Shown: piece after piece, positions 7,642-17,056 of the stretch | Layout of the letters: every line of letters begins with the position of its first letter | Position numbering within the stretch: the first letter of the stretch is position 1 | DNA from: Acidobacteriota bacterium | Lineage (GTDB): Bacteria; Acidobacteriota; Thermoanaerobaculia; Multivoradales; UBA5704 | Direction: 5' to 3' | NCBI GenBank assembly: GCA_040005235.1 | Contig: JBDTZG010000037.1 | Coordinates: 1 to 53,824 of the forward strand | DNA length: 53,824 bases | The notes under the pieces: model-generated | Told to the model about the DNA's origin: nothing | What the model saw: only the letters and a program-made list of their open reading frames with translations | Databases searched by the model: none | Position numbers and translations under genes: made by a program

Positions 7642-8661
7642 CTAGAACAACATCCGCTCGCCCGGGGGGGCCGTGTAGCCCAGGTGGTCGTAGGCGCGCC
7701 TTGTGGCGACCCGGCCACGCGGGGTGCGCTGGAGGAAGCCCTCTTGGATCAGGTACGGCTCGTAGAAATCCTCGATCGTCCCGGAATCTTCGCCCACCGC
7801 GGCGGCCAGCGCTTTCAGGCCCGCGGGGCCGCCATCGTAGTGCTCGATCAGGGTGTTCAGGATCTTCCGGTCGAGATCGTCGAAGCCGAACTGGTCGACT
7901 TCGAGCAGGGTGAGCGCGTTCTGCGCGACCTCGTTGTCGATCCCTCCGGTCCCCAACACCTCGGCGAAATCGCGGACGCGGCGGAGCAGGCGGTTCGCGA
8001 CCCGCGGAGTGCCGCGGCTTCTCCTCGCGATTTCGTTCGCTCCCGCGTCGTCGATTGGAATGTTCAGCAGCCGGGCCGAGCGGTGGATGATCCGCGCCAG
8101 CTCTTCCGGGCGGTAGAAATCGAGCCGGTGGACGATGCCGAACCGGGCGCGCAGGGGCGAGCTGATCATTCCCGCGCGGGTGGTGGCCCCCACCAGGGTG
8201 AAACGCGGCAGCTCGATCTTCACCGTCCGCGCGGCGGGGCCCTGGCCGATCACCAGGTCGAGGTTGTAGTCTTCGAGCGCGGGGTAGAGGATCTCCTCGA
8301 CCGTCGGCCCGAGGCGGTGGATTTCGTCCACGAACAGCACCTCGCCCGGCTCCAGATTGGTGAGAATCGCCGCCAAGTCGCCCGCCCGTTCGAGCACCGG
8401 GCCGGAGGTGGTCCGCAGCGGCGCCCCCATCTCGGTCGCGATGATGTGCGCGAGCGTCGTTTTGCCCAGCCCCGGCGGGCCGAACAGTAGAACGTGATCG
8501 AGCGACTCGCCGCGCCCCCGCGCCGCGCGGATGAACACGCGCAGGTTTTCGAGGATCTTCACCTGCCCGACGTATTCCTCCAGGCTTTGCGGCCGGAGGG
8601 TCGCCTCGACCCCCAGATCCTCGGTGCTCGGATCGCCCGAGACTAGCTTGCCGTTGAGCAT
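7642..8661 (-). CDS. ruvB: Holliday junction branch migration helicase RuvB
   Basis: [53 protein letters not shown]. Confidence 0.98.
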   Translation of the reverse strand: MLNGKLVSGDPSTEDLGVEATLRPQSLEEYVGQVKILENLRVFIRAARGRGESLDHVLLFGPPGLGKTTLAHIIATEMGAPLRTTSGPVLERAGDLAAILTNLEPGEVLFVDEIHRLGPTVEEILYPALEDYNLDLVIGQGPAARTVKIELPRFTLVGATTRAGMISSPLRARFGIVHRLDFYRPEELARIIHRSARLLNIPIDDAGANEIARRSRGTPRVANRLLRRVRDFAEVLGTGGIDNEVAQNALTLLEVDQFGFDDLDRKILNTLIEHYDGGPAGLKALAAAVGEDSGTIEDFYEPYLIQEGFLQRTPRGRVATRRAYDHLGYTAPPGERMLF

Positions 8662-8686
8662 AGAGGGGTCATTGTAGCTTGGGCGG

Positions 8687-8803
8687 CCGCGAGGGATTGA
8701 AATCCCTCGCTAGGCTAGTCGTCCCTCCGGGACGAATGCAGAGCTGCGCGCCACGTCCCGCCAGGGACGTCGTATGCGAGCGAGCGATTTCAATCGCTCG
8801 CGG
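8687..8803. repeat. REP-like palindromic doublet between divergent ruvB and pcrA
   Basis: GCGAGGGATTGAAATCCCTCGC + CGTCCCTCCGGGACG, mirrored by CGTCCCGCCAGGGACG + GCGAGCGATTTCAATCGCTCGC. Confidence 0.8.
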
Positions 8804-8872
8804 GGTCGGCGGGCTCGAAGGCCGCTTCTCTCCTTGCCTTCCGCGCCCCCTTCCGCGAAACTTGGCCGCCTC

Positions 8873-11287
8873 ATGCGCGGACGCCCCCTCGACCTCGAGA
8901 AGCAATTGAACCCGGAGCAGATCGCCGCGGTCACCCACGGCGAGGGGCCGCAGCTCGTCCTCGCGGGAGCCGGATCGGGGAAGACCCGGGTGATCACCCA
9001 CCGGATCGCCTGGCTCGCCGACGAGCGGGGGGTCGATCCGTCACAAATCGTCGCCATGACGTTCACCAACAAGGCGGCGGGCGAGATGAAGGAGCGGGTG
9101 GGGGATCTCCTTGGGATGCACCCCCTCCCCACGTTCGTCGGCACGTTCCACCGCTATGCCCTCATCCTGCTCCGCCGTTACGGCGAGCGGGTCAACCTGC
9201 GGCGCGATTTTTCGATCCTCGATACCCAGGACCAGCAGAGCCTGATCAAGCAGGCGCTTGGCACCGAGGGGCTGTCCGAAAAGGCCTTCGCGCCGCGCGC
9301 CGTGCTCGCCGAGATCAGCTCGGCGAAAAACCGGCTGCTCGATCCGGCCGGCTACGAGAAGACCGCCGAGAACTTTTTCCAGCGGAAGGTCGCCCAGCTC
9401 TATCGTCGCTACCAGGGGCTGCTGCAGCAGGCGGGCGGCGTCGATTTCGACGACATGATTTCGCTCTCGGTCCGGCTTTTGACCCGCGAGGAGGAGGTCC
9501 GCCAGAAAGTCAGAGCGCGGACCCGCTATCTGCTGGTCGACGAGTACCAGGACACGAACCACGCGCAGCTTCGCCTGGTGCAAGAGCTGATCGGCGAAAA
9601 CGGCAACCTGACCGCCGTGGGCGACGAGGACCAGGGGATCTACCGCTGGCGCGGGGCGGACATCGACAACATCCTGGAGTTCGAGAAGACCTTCCCGGGC
9701 GCGGCGATCCGCAAGCTGGAGCGCAACTATCGCTCGACCCAGACGATTCTGGACGTCTCGGGCGCTCTCGTCGCGCACAACGTCCATCGGCGCGGCAAGA
9801 AGCTCTGGACCGAGTCGGGGCCGGGGGCGAAGGTCGAGCTGTACAAGGCGTCGGACGAGATCGACGAGGCGCGCTGGACGGTGGGCAAGCTGCAAAAGCT
9901 GCGCGAACAGATGCGCTGGCAGGATCTCGCGGTCCTGGTGCGGACGAACGCCCAAACCCGCGCGATCGAAGAAGAATTGCTCAAGCGGGAGATTCCCTAC
10001 ACGCTGGTCGGCGGCACGCGCTTTTACGAGCGGACCGAGATCAAAGACCTGGTCGCCTACCTGAAAGTGCTGCGCAACCCGCACGACAGCCTGTCGCTCG
10101 CCCGGATCTTCAACCAGCCGCCGCGCGGTTTGGGCAAAACCACGCAAGCGATGCTCGAACAGCGGTCGGCCGAATTGGGTCAGCCGTTCTGGAACGTCAT
10201 CGCGCTCGACGATCTGGGGAGCCTGCCGGCGCGCAGCGCCACGGCGGTCGGCAAGTTTCGCGACCTGATCCGCGGCCTCCAGAAGGCGGCGGCCGAGCTG
10301 CCGCTTCCTGCGCTGCTCGACCGGCTGCTCGCGGCGACCGGCTATCTCGATCTCTATGGCCGGGGCGACGACGAGGACAAGGCTAGATTGGAAAACATCC
10401 AGGAGTTCCTTTCCGCGGCGCAGGAGTTCACCGAGGCGAACAGCTACAACGCGACCACCGACGAGGATCTGATGACCGCGTTCCTCGACCACGTCTCGCT
10501 GGTCGCCGACCTCGACGGCTGGGAGGGGGAAAAAGGCGTTTCACTGATGACCCTCCACAGCGCCAAGGGGCTGGAATTCCGCGCCGTGGTGGTCTCCGGT
10601 CTCGAAGACGGGCTGCTCCCCCATTTCAACTCGCAGGGGGCGCGCGAGAATCTGGAAGAGGAGCGCCGGCTGCTCTATGTCGGGATGACCCGCGCCAAAG
10701 AGCGGCTCTACCTCACCAGCTGCCGCAGGCGGCGGATCGCGGGGCGCTACCAGGATCAGCTCGAATCGGCGTTCCTTGGCGAGCTGCCGGAGGAGCTGTT
10801 GATCGTCACGCGTAGCCCCGAACTGGCCGGCTACGAGCGCTTCTCGCCGCAGTTTTCGCAACAGAATGCGGGGATCTATTCGTTCTTTGGCCAGGCGCCC
10901 GCCTCGGGGGGGACGACGGCCTCTGCCGCCCCGGAGCCGCGCTCCGCCTCGCCCCAGAACCCGGAACAGCGGCGCTCGACCGAGGGCTACGGTCGCCCGG
11001 CGAGCCCGTCCTATGTATCGAACCAACCGGCACACCGACCGGCATCACCCGCCAGGCCCGCCGCGCCTTCAAGCTCCGGCTACCGGGAGCGCACGCTCGA
11101 GCCCGATCCGGACACCTTGCCCCGCCGGCCGGTCAAGCGCGGCAGCCGCGTCCGCCACCCGACCCTCGGCCAGGGGGTCGTGCTCGAAATGGACGGCCTG
11201 GGCGACGACGCCAAAATCACCGTCTTCTTCGACAAGGCGGGAAAGCGGAAACTGGTGGCGAAGTTCGCCAACCTGGAGATGCTCTAG
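8873..11287 (+). CDS. pcrA: ATP-dependent DNA helicase PcrA/UvrD
   Basis: LNPEQ, AGAGSGKT, DEYQD, VGDEDQ.IY.WRGA, NYRS, TLHSAKGLEF, EEERRLLYVGMTRA, and a C-terminal Tudor-like V.HP..G.G.V domain. Confidence 0.96.
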   Translation: MRGRPLDLEKQLNPEQIAAVTHGEGPQLVLAGAGSGKTRVITHRIAWLADERGVDPSQIVAMTFTNKAAGEMKERVGDLLGMHPLPTFVGTFHRYALILLRRYGERVNLRRDFSILDTQDQQSLIKQALGTEGLSEKAFAPRAVLAEISSAKNRLLDPAGYEKTAENFFQRKVAQLYRRYQGLLQQAGGVDFDDMISLSVRLLTREEEVRQKVRARTRYLLVDEYQDTNHAQLRLVQELIGENGNLTAVGDEDQGIYRWRGADIDNILEFEKTFPGAAIRKLERNYRSTQTILDVSGALVAHNVHRRGKKLWTESGPGAKVELYKASDEIDEARWTVGKLQKLREQMRWQDLAVLVRTNAQTRAIEEELLKREIPYTLVGGTRFYERTEIKDLVAYLKVLRNPHDSLSLARIFNQPPRGLGKTTQAMLEQRSAELGQPFWNVIALDDLGSLPARSATAVGKFRDLIRGLQKAAAELPLPALLDRLLAATGYLDLYGRGDDEDKARLENIQEFLSAAQEFTEANSYNATTDEDLMTAFLDHVSLVADLDGWEGEKGVSLMTLHSAKGLEFRAVVVSGLEDGLLPHFNSQGARENLEEERRLLYVGMTRAKERLYLTSCRRRRIAGRYQDQLESAFLGELPEELLIVTRSPELAGYERFSPQFSQQNAGIYSFFGQAPASGGTTASAAPEPRSASPQNPEQRRSTEGYGRPASPSYVSNQPAHRPASPARPAAPSSSGYRERTLEPDPDTLPRRPVKRGSRVRHPTLGQGVVLEMDGLGDDAKITVFFDKAGKRKLVAKFANLEML

Positions 11288-11294
11288 AAGCGGG

Positions 11295-11846
11295 TCAAGC
11301 GGCAGGCTTGAGCCGGGCGTAGAGGTAGTTGTCGACCCGTGTGCCGCGGAGGCGGAAGTAGGAACGGAGAATCCCTTCGCAAACGAAGCCGGTGCTTTCG
11401 AGCACCTTTTGGGAACCGACGTTGTCGAGCGCGCAACGGGCTTCGAGCCGCTCGATCTGGGTGCTTAGAAACAGGTCTTCGACCAGCAGGTTGATCGCGC
11501 GCTTCATGAAGCCGCGGCGTTGAAACGGGGTCGACAGCGCGTAGCCCACTTCGGCCAGGCCGTGTTCCCAATTGCCGATCACCAGGGTGATCCAGCCCGC
11601 CGGCTGTTCGCCCACCTGAATCACCCACTGGTATTTGTCGCCCCGCCCTTTGTAGAGGTCCGAGATCCGCTGGTGCGCGAGGTCCGAGCGCAGCTGCGAG
11701 CTGGGCAGGTCGTTGAGCGGCTGGAAGCGGCGGACGGCAGGCTCCGAGCGCCAGAAGCGGAGCAGGTCGGCGTCGCGGGGGGTCGCGGGCCGGAGCGTCA
11801 CCTCGTCCGGCAAGGGGTCGGGCTCGCTCTTTTCCAGGGGGTGCAT
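11295..11846 (-). CDS. GNAT N-acetyltransferase, RimJ/RimL family
   Basis: EVGYAL...QRRGFM and N.GSQKVLE..GF..EG.LR. Confidence 0.9.
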   Translation of the reverse strand: MHPLEKSEPDPLPDEVTLRPATPRDADLLRFWRSEPAVRRFQPLNDLPSSQLRSDLAHQRISDLYKGRGDKYQWVIQVGEQPAGWITLVIGNWEHGLAEVGYALSTPFQRRGFMKRAINLLVEDLFLSTQIERLEARCALDNVGSQKVLESTGFVCEGILRSYFRLRGTRVDNYLYARLKPAA

Positions 11847-11860
11847 GGAGATCTCTTCGG

Positions 11861-13387
11861 CTAGAGCTGCGACTCCGCGACCGCGACCAGAGCCTTCTCG
11901 CGGCGGCGACCGAACCGTGGCAGAACCGAAAGGAGGAACATATACGAGAAGCCCTGGAGGAAGAGATAGAGAAACGGGATCGACATCCACATGCCGGCGG
12001 CAAGCGCCCAAAGCGTGCAGCCGAGAAAGTAGAGCGCGAATGCCCCTTCGAGCCACCAGAGGCGCGAAACGTCCGCGCGATAGGCCTTGTGGCGCCACTC
12101 CTGGCCGGCGCGTTCGATCTGATATTTCGGGGTGCGGTGGAACGTGCCGCCGCTTTGGAACAGCCCCGAGATCACGGCGCGCGCGTTGTTGAGCGACAGG
12201 CCTATGCCCATGCCGAGGAGGGCGGGCAGGTAGCGCGCCTGGCGTCGCCAACGGCCGGGGGAGGAGATCCCGGGGCCGGCCGGCAACACCGCCTGGCTCA
12301 CCAGGTAGAAGACGACGACCGAAAGCGTGGCGAACAGGAACAACGGCAGGTCGACCAGCAGCAACACCGAAGCCGGCGAGCCGCGGCGCAGCACCATGGC
12401 CGGAAAGATCAACAGCGCGATCCCCACCATCAAGACGTAGCTCGCGTTGTTGGTCAGGTGGACGAACGCCTCGATCTTGGCACGCCATGACAGGCGGCTG
12501 CGGAGGATGCGCCAGAGGAGCTTGCGGCCGGTCTGGATCGACCCCTTCGCCCACCGGAATTGCTGGCTCTTGAATCCCTGGACGTCGACCGGCAGCTCGG
12601 ACGGCACGTCGACCTGCGGCAGGTAGAGGAAGCGCCAGCCGGCGAGCTGCGCCCGGTACGAGAGATCGAGATCCTCGGTGAGAGTGTCGTGCTGCCAGCC
12701 GCCCCCGTCGAGAATCGCCTGGCGGCGCCAGATGCCCGCCGTGCCGTTGAAGTTGAAGAAGCAGCCGGTCCGGTTGCGCGCCGTATGCTCGATCTGAAAA
12801 TGCCCGTCGAGCAGGATCGCCTCGACTTGGGTGAGCAGCGAGAACCCCCGGTTGATGTGGCTCCAGCTCCCCTGGACCATGCCTATTTCCAAGTCGGCGA
12901 AATGCGGCACCGTGGCGCGCAGGAAACTCGGGCGCGGCACAAAGTCGGCGTCGAAGATCGCGAGGAATTCACCGCGGGCGACTTGAAGTCCCGCGGCGAG
13001 CGCGCCGGCCTTGAATCCGGTTCGATCCGTGCGATGGAGATGCACGATGTCGAGCCCCGTCCTTCGGAGCTCCTGGACTCTTCCGGCGACGATCTGGCAG
13101 GTCTCGTCGGTCGAGTCGTCGAGCACCTGGATCTCCAGCCGGTCGCGCGGGTAGTCGAGCGCGGCCACCGCGTCGATCAGCCGGGATGCCACGTACATCT
13201 CGTTGTACAGTGGCAATTGCACCGTCACCCACGGCCAATCGGAGGGCTCCGGGGGTCGGACGGCCGCGCGATTGCGGGTCCGCAGGAAATCGAACACCAA
13301 CAGCAGCCGGTGGATGCCGTAGAACGACAGAATCCCGAGGATCAGATAGTAGGACCCGAGGAGGGCCGTTGCCCAAGGCTGCTGCAT
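11861..13387 (-). CDS. Glycosyltransferase family 2, cellulose-synthase-like membrane GT
   Basis: VQLPLYNE, LDDSTD, GFKAGAL, FDADF, TEDLDLS and QQFRW (QxxRW), with flanking TM helices. Confidence 0.93.
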   Translation of the reverse strand: MQQPWATALLGSYYLILGILSFYGIHRLLLVFDFLRTRNRAAVRPPEPSDWPWVTVQLPLYNEMYVASRLIDAVAALDYPRDRLEIQVLDDSTDETCQIVAGRVQELRRTGLDIVHLHRTDRTGFKAGALAAGLQVARGEFLAIFDADFVPRPSFLRATVPHFADLEIGMVQGSWSHINRGFSLLTQVEAILLDGHFQIEHTARNRTGCFFNFNGTAGIWRRQAILDGGGWQHDTLTEDLDLSYRAQLAGWRFLYLPQVDVPSELPVDVQGFKSQQFRWAKGSIQTGRKLLWRILRSRLSWRAKIEAFVHLTNNASYVLMVGIALLIFPAMVLRRGSPASVLLLVDLPLFLFATLSVVVFYLVSQAVLPAGPGISSPGRWRRQARYLPALLGMGIGLSLNNARAVISGLFQSGGTFHRTPKYQIERAGQEWRHKAYRADVSRLWWLEGAFALYFLGCTLWALAAGMWMSIPFLYLFLQGFSYMFLLSVLPRFGRRREKALVAVAESQL

Positions 13388-14799
13388 CGTCAGGGGATTC
13401 CGATCTCGCCGATCTCGAACGCTTTCCGGCCCCGCCGGCTGGTAGGCGCCGCGGCGCGCTCATCCTCGCGGCCCTGCCGCCGGTCGCGACGAGCCTCGCT
13501 CTGCTTCTGCTTTACGATCTTGCCCGCCATCCGGCTTTCACCCTGCTCGCGCTCGGCCTCGGTGCGGCCGGTCTTTGGTTCTCTGTGCGTCGCCTGGAGC
13601 GCCTGGCGGACCCGCCGATTTCGCTCGGCCCGGCGATTCTGTTCGTCGCTCTCCTGATTCGCTTGCCTCTGATCGCGCTGCCGCCCACCCTGTCCGACGA
13701 TGCGCTGCGCTACCTTTGGGATGGGCGGGTGGCGGCAGCCGGTTTCAACCCGTACCAGGAGCCTCCCGATTCCCCAGGCCTCGTCCCTCTGCGCGACGAA
13801 CTCTGGAACCGCCTGCCGCACCGGCAGGTCCCGACGGTCTATCCGCCGCTCGCTCTCTCCGCGTTCAGTATAGCCGCCCGCTTCCCGGTTCCCATGCCTA
13901 GGATGCCGATCTGGAAGCTGCTCGCCTGCGCCGCGGATTTCGGCGCCTGCGCCCTCCTTCTCGCGCTGGCCCGGCGCTCCGGCCTGCCCGAGGCGCGGGT
14001 CGCCTGGTACGCCTGGAATCCGCTCGTCGTGCTGGAGGTCGCGGGGATGGGGCACGTCGATGCGCTCGGAGCGGTTGCCTGCATTGGGGCGGTCTGGGCG
14101 ATCACGATCTTGCCGAAGAGGCCCGTGACCGCGGGAATGGCCGCCGCGGCGGGAATTCTCGCCAAGCTCGCACCGCTCGCCGCCCTGCCAATGTGGGCGC
14201 GCCAGAGCCGCAGGCCTTGGATTTTCCTGCTCGCCGCGCTCGGTCTTTCCGGGTTGGCGCTCGCTCCGGTGATCGCCTCGGTCGGCGGCCTGCCGCCCGG
14301 GCTCGCCACGTATGGAGTGTCCTGGGAGTGGAACGGCCCGCTCTACGAGCCGCTCTGGCGCGGGCTCGAAGCGTTGGGAGCCGGACCGGCCGCCCACGCG
14401 GCACTCGACGCGGCCAAGACGCGCACCGAAGGGTGGACATTCTGGAACCGCTTCTACCCCTACGCTTACCCGCGATTCTTCGCCAAGCTCCTGCTCGCCG
14501 CGGTGGCGCTCGCCGCGGTCGCCGCATCGTTCCGCGAACGCGATCCGATCCTCGGCACCGGCCGCCTGTTCGGCCGGCTGATGCTCACCTCGGCGACGCT
14601 CTATCCCTGGTATCTCCTCTGGGTGCTCCCCTGGGCGGCGCTGCGCGAGGAGAAACGCTGGCTACTGCTCGCAGCGCTCATGCCGCTCTCCTACATTCCC
14701 GCTCTGTTCGGCGTGCCGCTCTGGCCCTGGGTGTACCTTTCGATCTGGGCACCGTTCGCGCTCTTCTCCATACTGGGAAAACGATGGTCGCCCTCCTGA
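13369..14799 (+). CDS. GT-C fold membrane glycosyltransferase (GT87/DUF2029-like); start uncertain
   Basis: LSDDALRYLWDG...G.NPY, TVYPPLA, YAWNPL...E.AG.GH.D and T.YPWY. Best start is TTG 13369 after GAGGAGG. Confidence 0.8.
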   Translation: MPKAAASSGDSDLADLERFPAPPAGRRRGALILAALPPVATSLALLLLYDLARHPAFTLLALGLGAAGLWFSVRRLERLADPPISLGPAILFVALLIRLPLIALPPTLSDDALRYLWDGRVAAAGFNPYQEPPDSPGLVPLRDELWNRLPHRQVPTVYPPLALSAFSIAARFPVPMPRMPIWKLLACAADFGACALLLALARRSGLPEARVAWYAWNPLVVLEVAGMGHVDALGAVACIGAVWAITILPKRPVTAGMAAAAGILAKLAPLAALPMWARQSRRPWIFLLAALGLSGLALAPVIASVGGLPPGLATYGVSWEWNGPLYEPLWRGLEALGAGPAAHAALDAAKTRTEGWTFWNRFYPYAYPRFFAKLLLAAVALAAVAASFRERDPILGTGRLFGRLMLTSATLYPWYLLWVLPWAALREEKRWLLLAALMPLSYIPALFGVPLWPWVYLSIWAPFALFSILGKRWSPS

Positions 14800-15545
14800 C
14801 CCTCTCTTACCGCGGCACGGCCTATGCCGGCTGGCAGAGGCAGGACAACGCCCTGGCCGTGCAACAGGTGGTCGAGGAAGCGCTCGCCCGCCTGCTCGGC
14901 TTGCCCGAGGAGGAGATCGTCCGCATCGTAGGCGCGAGCCGGACCGACGCCGGAGTCCACGCCAGAGGCCAGAGAGCGCATTTGGATCTTGCGGCCCTCG
15001 GCCGGCCCGACTTTCCGCTCCGCGGTTTGGTCCACGGCACGAACCACCACCTGCCGGAGGACGTTCGGGTGCTCGCGGCTAAGGAAGTCCCGGAAGGGTT
15101 CCACGCCCGGAAGTCCGCCGTCTCCAAGCAGTACCACTATCGCCTGAGCCGCGCTGAAGTTCTCTCGCCGCTCGACTCGCCGTTCGCGGTGAAGGTCTCG
15201 CCAACGATCGAAATCGACCGCTTGAACCAGGCCGCGGCGCTCCTTCCCGGCCGCCACGATTTCACCGCGTTCACCCTCGCCGGAGCGGCCCCGGGCGACC
15301 GGCATCGCGAGATGTTCGCCGCGGGCTGGACGGAAGCGGGGGATGAGCTGCACTTCCGCATCGAAGGCGAAGGTTTCCTCCGCGGCATGGTACGCAGCCT
15401 GGTCGGCACGATGATGGAGGTCGGGCTCGGCGAGCGATCGGTCGAAGATTTCGCGAATCTTTTGCGGGGTGCCGAGCGAGGGGAGGCGGGGCCTACGGCT
15501 CCGGCGCAGGGGTTGGTTTTGGAGTGGGTTCGGTACGAAGACTAG
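14784..15545 (+). CDS. truA: tRNA pseudouridine(38-40) synthase TruA
   Basis: Y.GT.YAGWQRQ, GASRTDAGVHA.GQ, FHAR, GFLRGMVR, TAPAQGL.L. Confidence 0.96.
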   Translation: MVALLTLSYRGTAYAGWQRQDNALAVQQVVEEALARLLGLPEEEIVRIVGASRTDAGVHARGQRAHLDLAALGRPDFPLRGLVHGTNHHLPEDVRVLAAKEVPEGFHARKSAVSKQYHYRLSRAEVLSPLDSPFAVKVSPTIEIDRLNQAAALLPGRHDFTAFTLAGAAPGDRHREMFAAGWTEAGDELHFRIEGEGFLRGMVRSLVGTMMEVGLGERSVEDFANLLRGAERGEAGPTAPAQGLVLEWVRYED

Positions 15546-16035
15546 GCGCAATCTTGAACGGAATCTCCCGCCGCGTCTCCCGAGAAGGCTCCCCGATCTG
15601 TACCCCCACGCGGCCCGCGCCCAGAGTCCAACCTGCGCTCGGCGCGGTGTAGGAGAGGTAGCTCTCGCCGCCGATCGCGGTCGTTCGCTGATTCGTGACG
15701 GCTCCGTCTGGGGCGGTCCAGTCCACGATCACCGACGTGCCGCTGGGCAAATCATCGGACTCAACCGACAGGAAGATCAACGCGCCGCGAGCGAAAAGGC
15801 TCTTTCGATCGGGCGCTTGGATCGAGCCGTCCGGAGAAAATAGATTGCCGATTGCGATCTCGCGCGGCGGGGCCGGATCGAGGAGCGGCGGAAGGCTGGA
15901 GGTCGCGTCCGTGGAGACCGAGGACGTCGTTCGTCCGGAAGGTTCGGCCTCCGGCCGGCACGCAGCGATTTCCAGGGCGACGAGAAAAAGGGCGGCGAGG
16001 GGGAGAGAGCTACGGAGCACGCCGGATTCTCCCAC
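15493..16035 (-). CDS. Hypothetical lipoprotein with an Ig-like beta domain
   Basis: Signal peptide with IAAC lipobox, S/T-rich linker and V.WTAPDG. The 3' end overlaps truA by 53 nt. Confidence 0.6.
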   Translation of the reverse strand: MGESGVLRSSLPLAALFLVALEIAACRPEAEPSGRTTSSVSTDATSSLPPLLDPAPPREIAIGNLFSPDGSIQAPDRKSLFARGALIFLSVESDDLPSGTSVIVDWTAPDGAVTNQRTTAIGGESYLSYTAPSAGWTLGAGRVGVQIGEPSRETRREIPFKIAPSLRTEPTPKPTPAPEP

Positions 16036-16148
16036 GCGATGGGGCCAACGCGTACAAGCGACATTACCGCCTCTTTACCGCCGTAATCCGCAATGGTAAG
16101 CTTCAGCCCCCGCCCGGAAGTATCCCGGGCGGGCCAGGGAGGTAGTTT

Positions 16149-16580
16149 ATGGTCAGCGTCCATGACGTCGCCGCCTACATCCTGCGCAAGCAGGGCGAAA
16201 TGACCGCGATGAAGCTGGAAAAGCTGGTCTACTACTCGCAGGCTTGGTCGCTCGTCTGGGACGAAGAGCCGATGTTTAAAGAGCGCATCGAAGCATGGGT
16301 CAATGGACCTGTGGTTCCGTCCCTCTACCGACTTCACCGAGGCACATTCAAGATCTCAGAGTGGCCCCAGGGCGACCCGGATGCGTTGACTGCTACTCAG
16401 CAGGAAACGGTCGATGCGGTCTTGAACTTCTACGGCAAGAAGTCCTCGCAATGGCTCAGCGATTTGACCCACCGTGAGGCCCCCTGGGCACAGGCCCGGA
16501 AGGGCCTTGAGCCCGGGGACCCGTGCAAGCGCGAGATTTCCTTCGCTTCCATGGCGGAGTACTACAGCAACCCTTACTAG
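16149..16580 (+). CDS. Panacea-domain (DUF4065/GepA-like) antitoxin, 143 aa
   Basis: MTAMKLEKLVYYSQAW, IEAWVNGPVVP.LY and L.DLTH.EAPW. GGAGGT RBS. Confidence 0.93.
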   Translation: MVSVHDVAAYILRKQGEMTAMKLEKLVYYSQAWSLVWDEEPMFKERIEAWVNGPVVPSLYRLHRGTFKISEWPQGDPDALTATQQETVDAVLNFYGKKSSQWLSDLTHREAPWAQARKGLEPGDPCKREISFASMAEYYSNPY

Positions 16581-16582
16581 CC

Positions 16583-17044
16583 GTGGGGAAAAAACCTCGA
16601 CACAAGAAGTTCGAAGCACCTGGCAAATCCCCGACTGCGGCCCGAGAGCCTGACTCCGGCAAGGTTCCTCGGGCCGTTTACGGTACCAGCTATCATCATC
16701 TCCACCCCTCGTGGCGAGTTGCCAACATGGAACTTGTCGACCCTTTTGGTTGGCATGGAATGAGCGGCGAGAATCTCCTTGCCATCCGGGAAAAGCTTGC
16801 CAGCTTCGAGAGCATGACCTGGAATGAGATCCTGGTCAGGGGCAAGAAGTTTCATCACTCCATCCGGGTTTCCGACATCACCCTCGAGGCCCAGAATCGC
16901 CTGGAAGCCGCGGGACTTGCCTTGGAAGAGGTAGTGTCCCTGCGGCTTTCCAATCTCGAGAGGGTCTTCGGGTACTTGGTCAACGGGGTCTTGGTGCTGC
17001 TTTGGTGGGATCCATCTCACCAAATTTGCCCCAGCCGGGGCTGA
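16583..17044 (+). CDS. Putative RelE-like toxin partner of the Panacea antitoxin, 153 aa
   Basis: GTG 2 nt after the antitoxin stop. MTWNEI...HH.I and SLRLS..ERVFG......L.LLWWDPSHQICPS. Confidence 0.72.
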   Translation: MGKKPRHKKFEAPGKSPTAAREPDSGKVPRAVYGTSYHHLHPSWRVANMELVDPFGWHGMSGENLLAIREKLASFESMTWNEILVRGKKFHHSIRVSDITLEAQNRLEAAGLALEEVVSLRLSNLERVFGYLVNGVLVLLWWDPSHQICPSRG

Positions 17045-17056
17045 AGGCGCAGGCGG

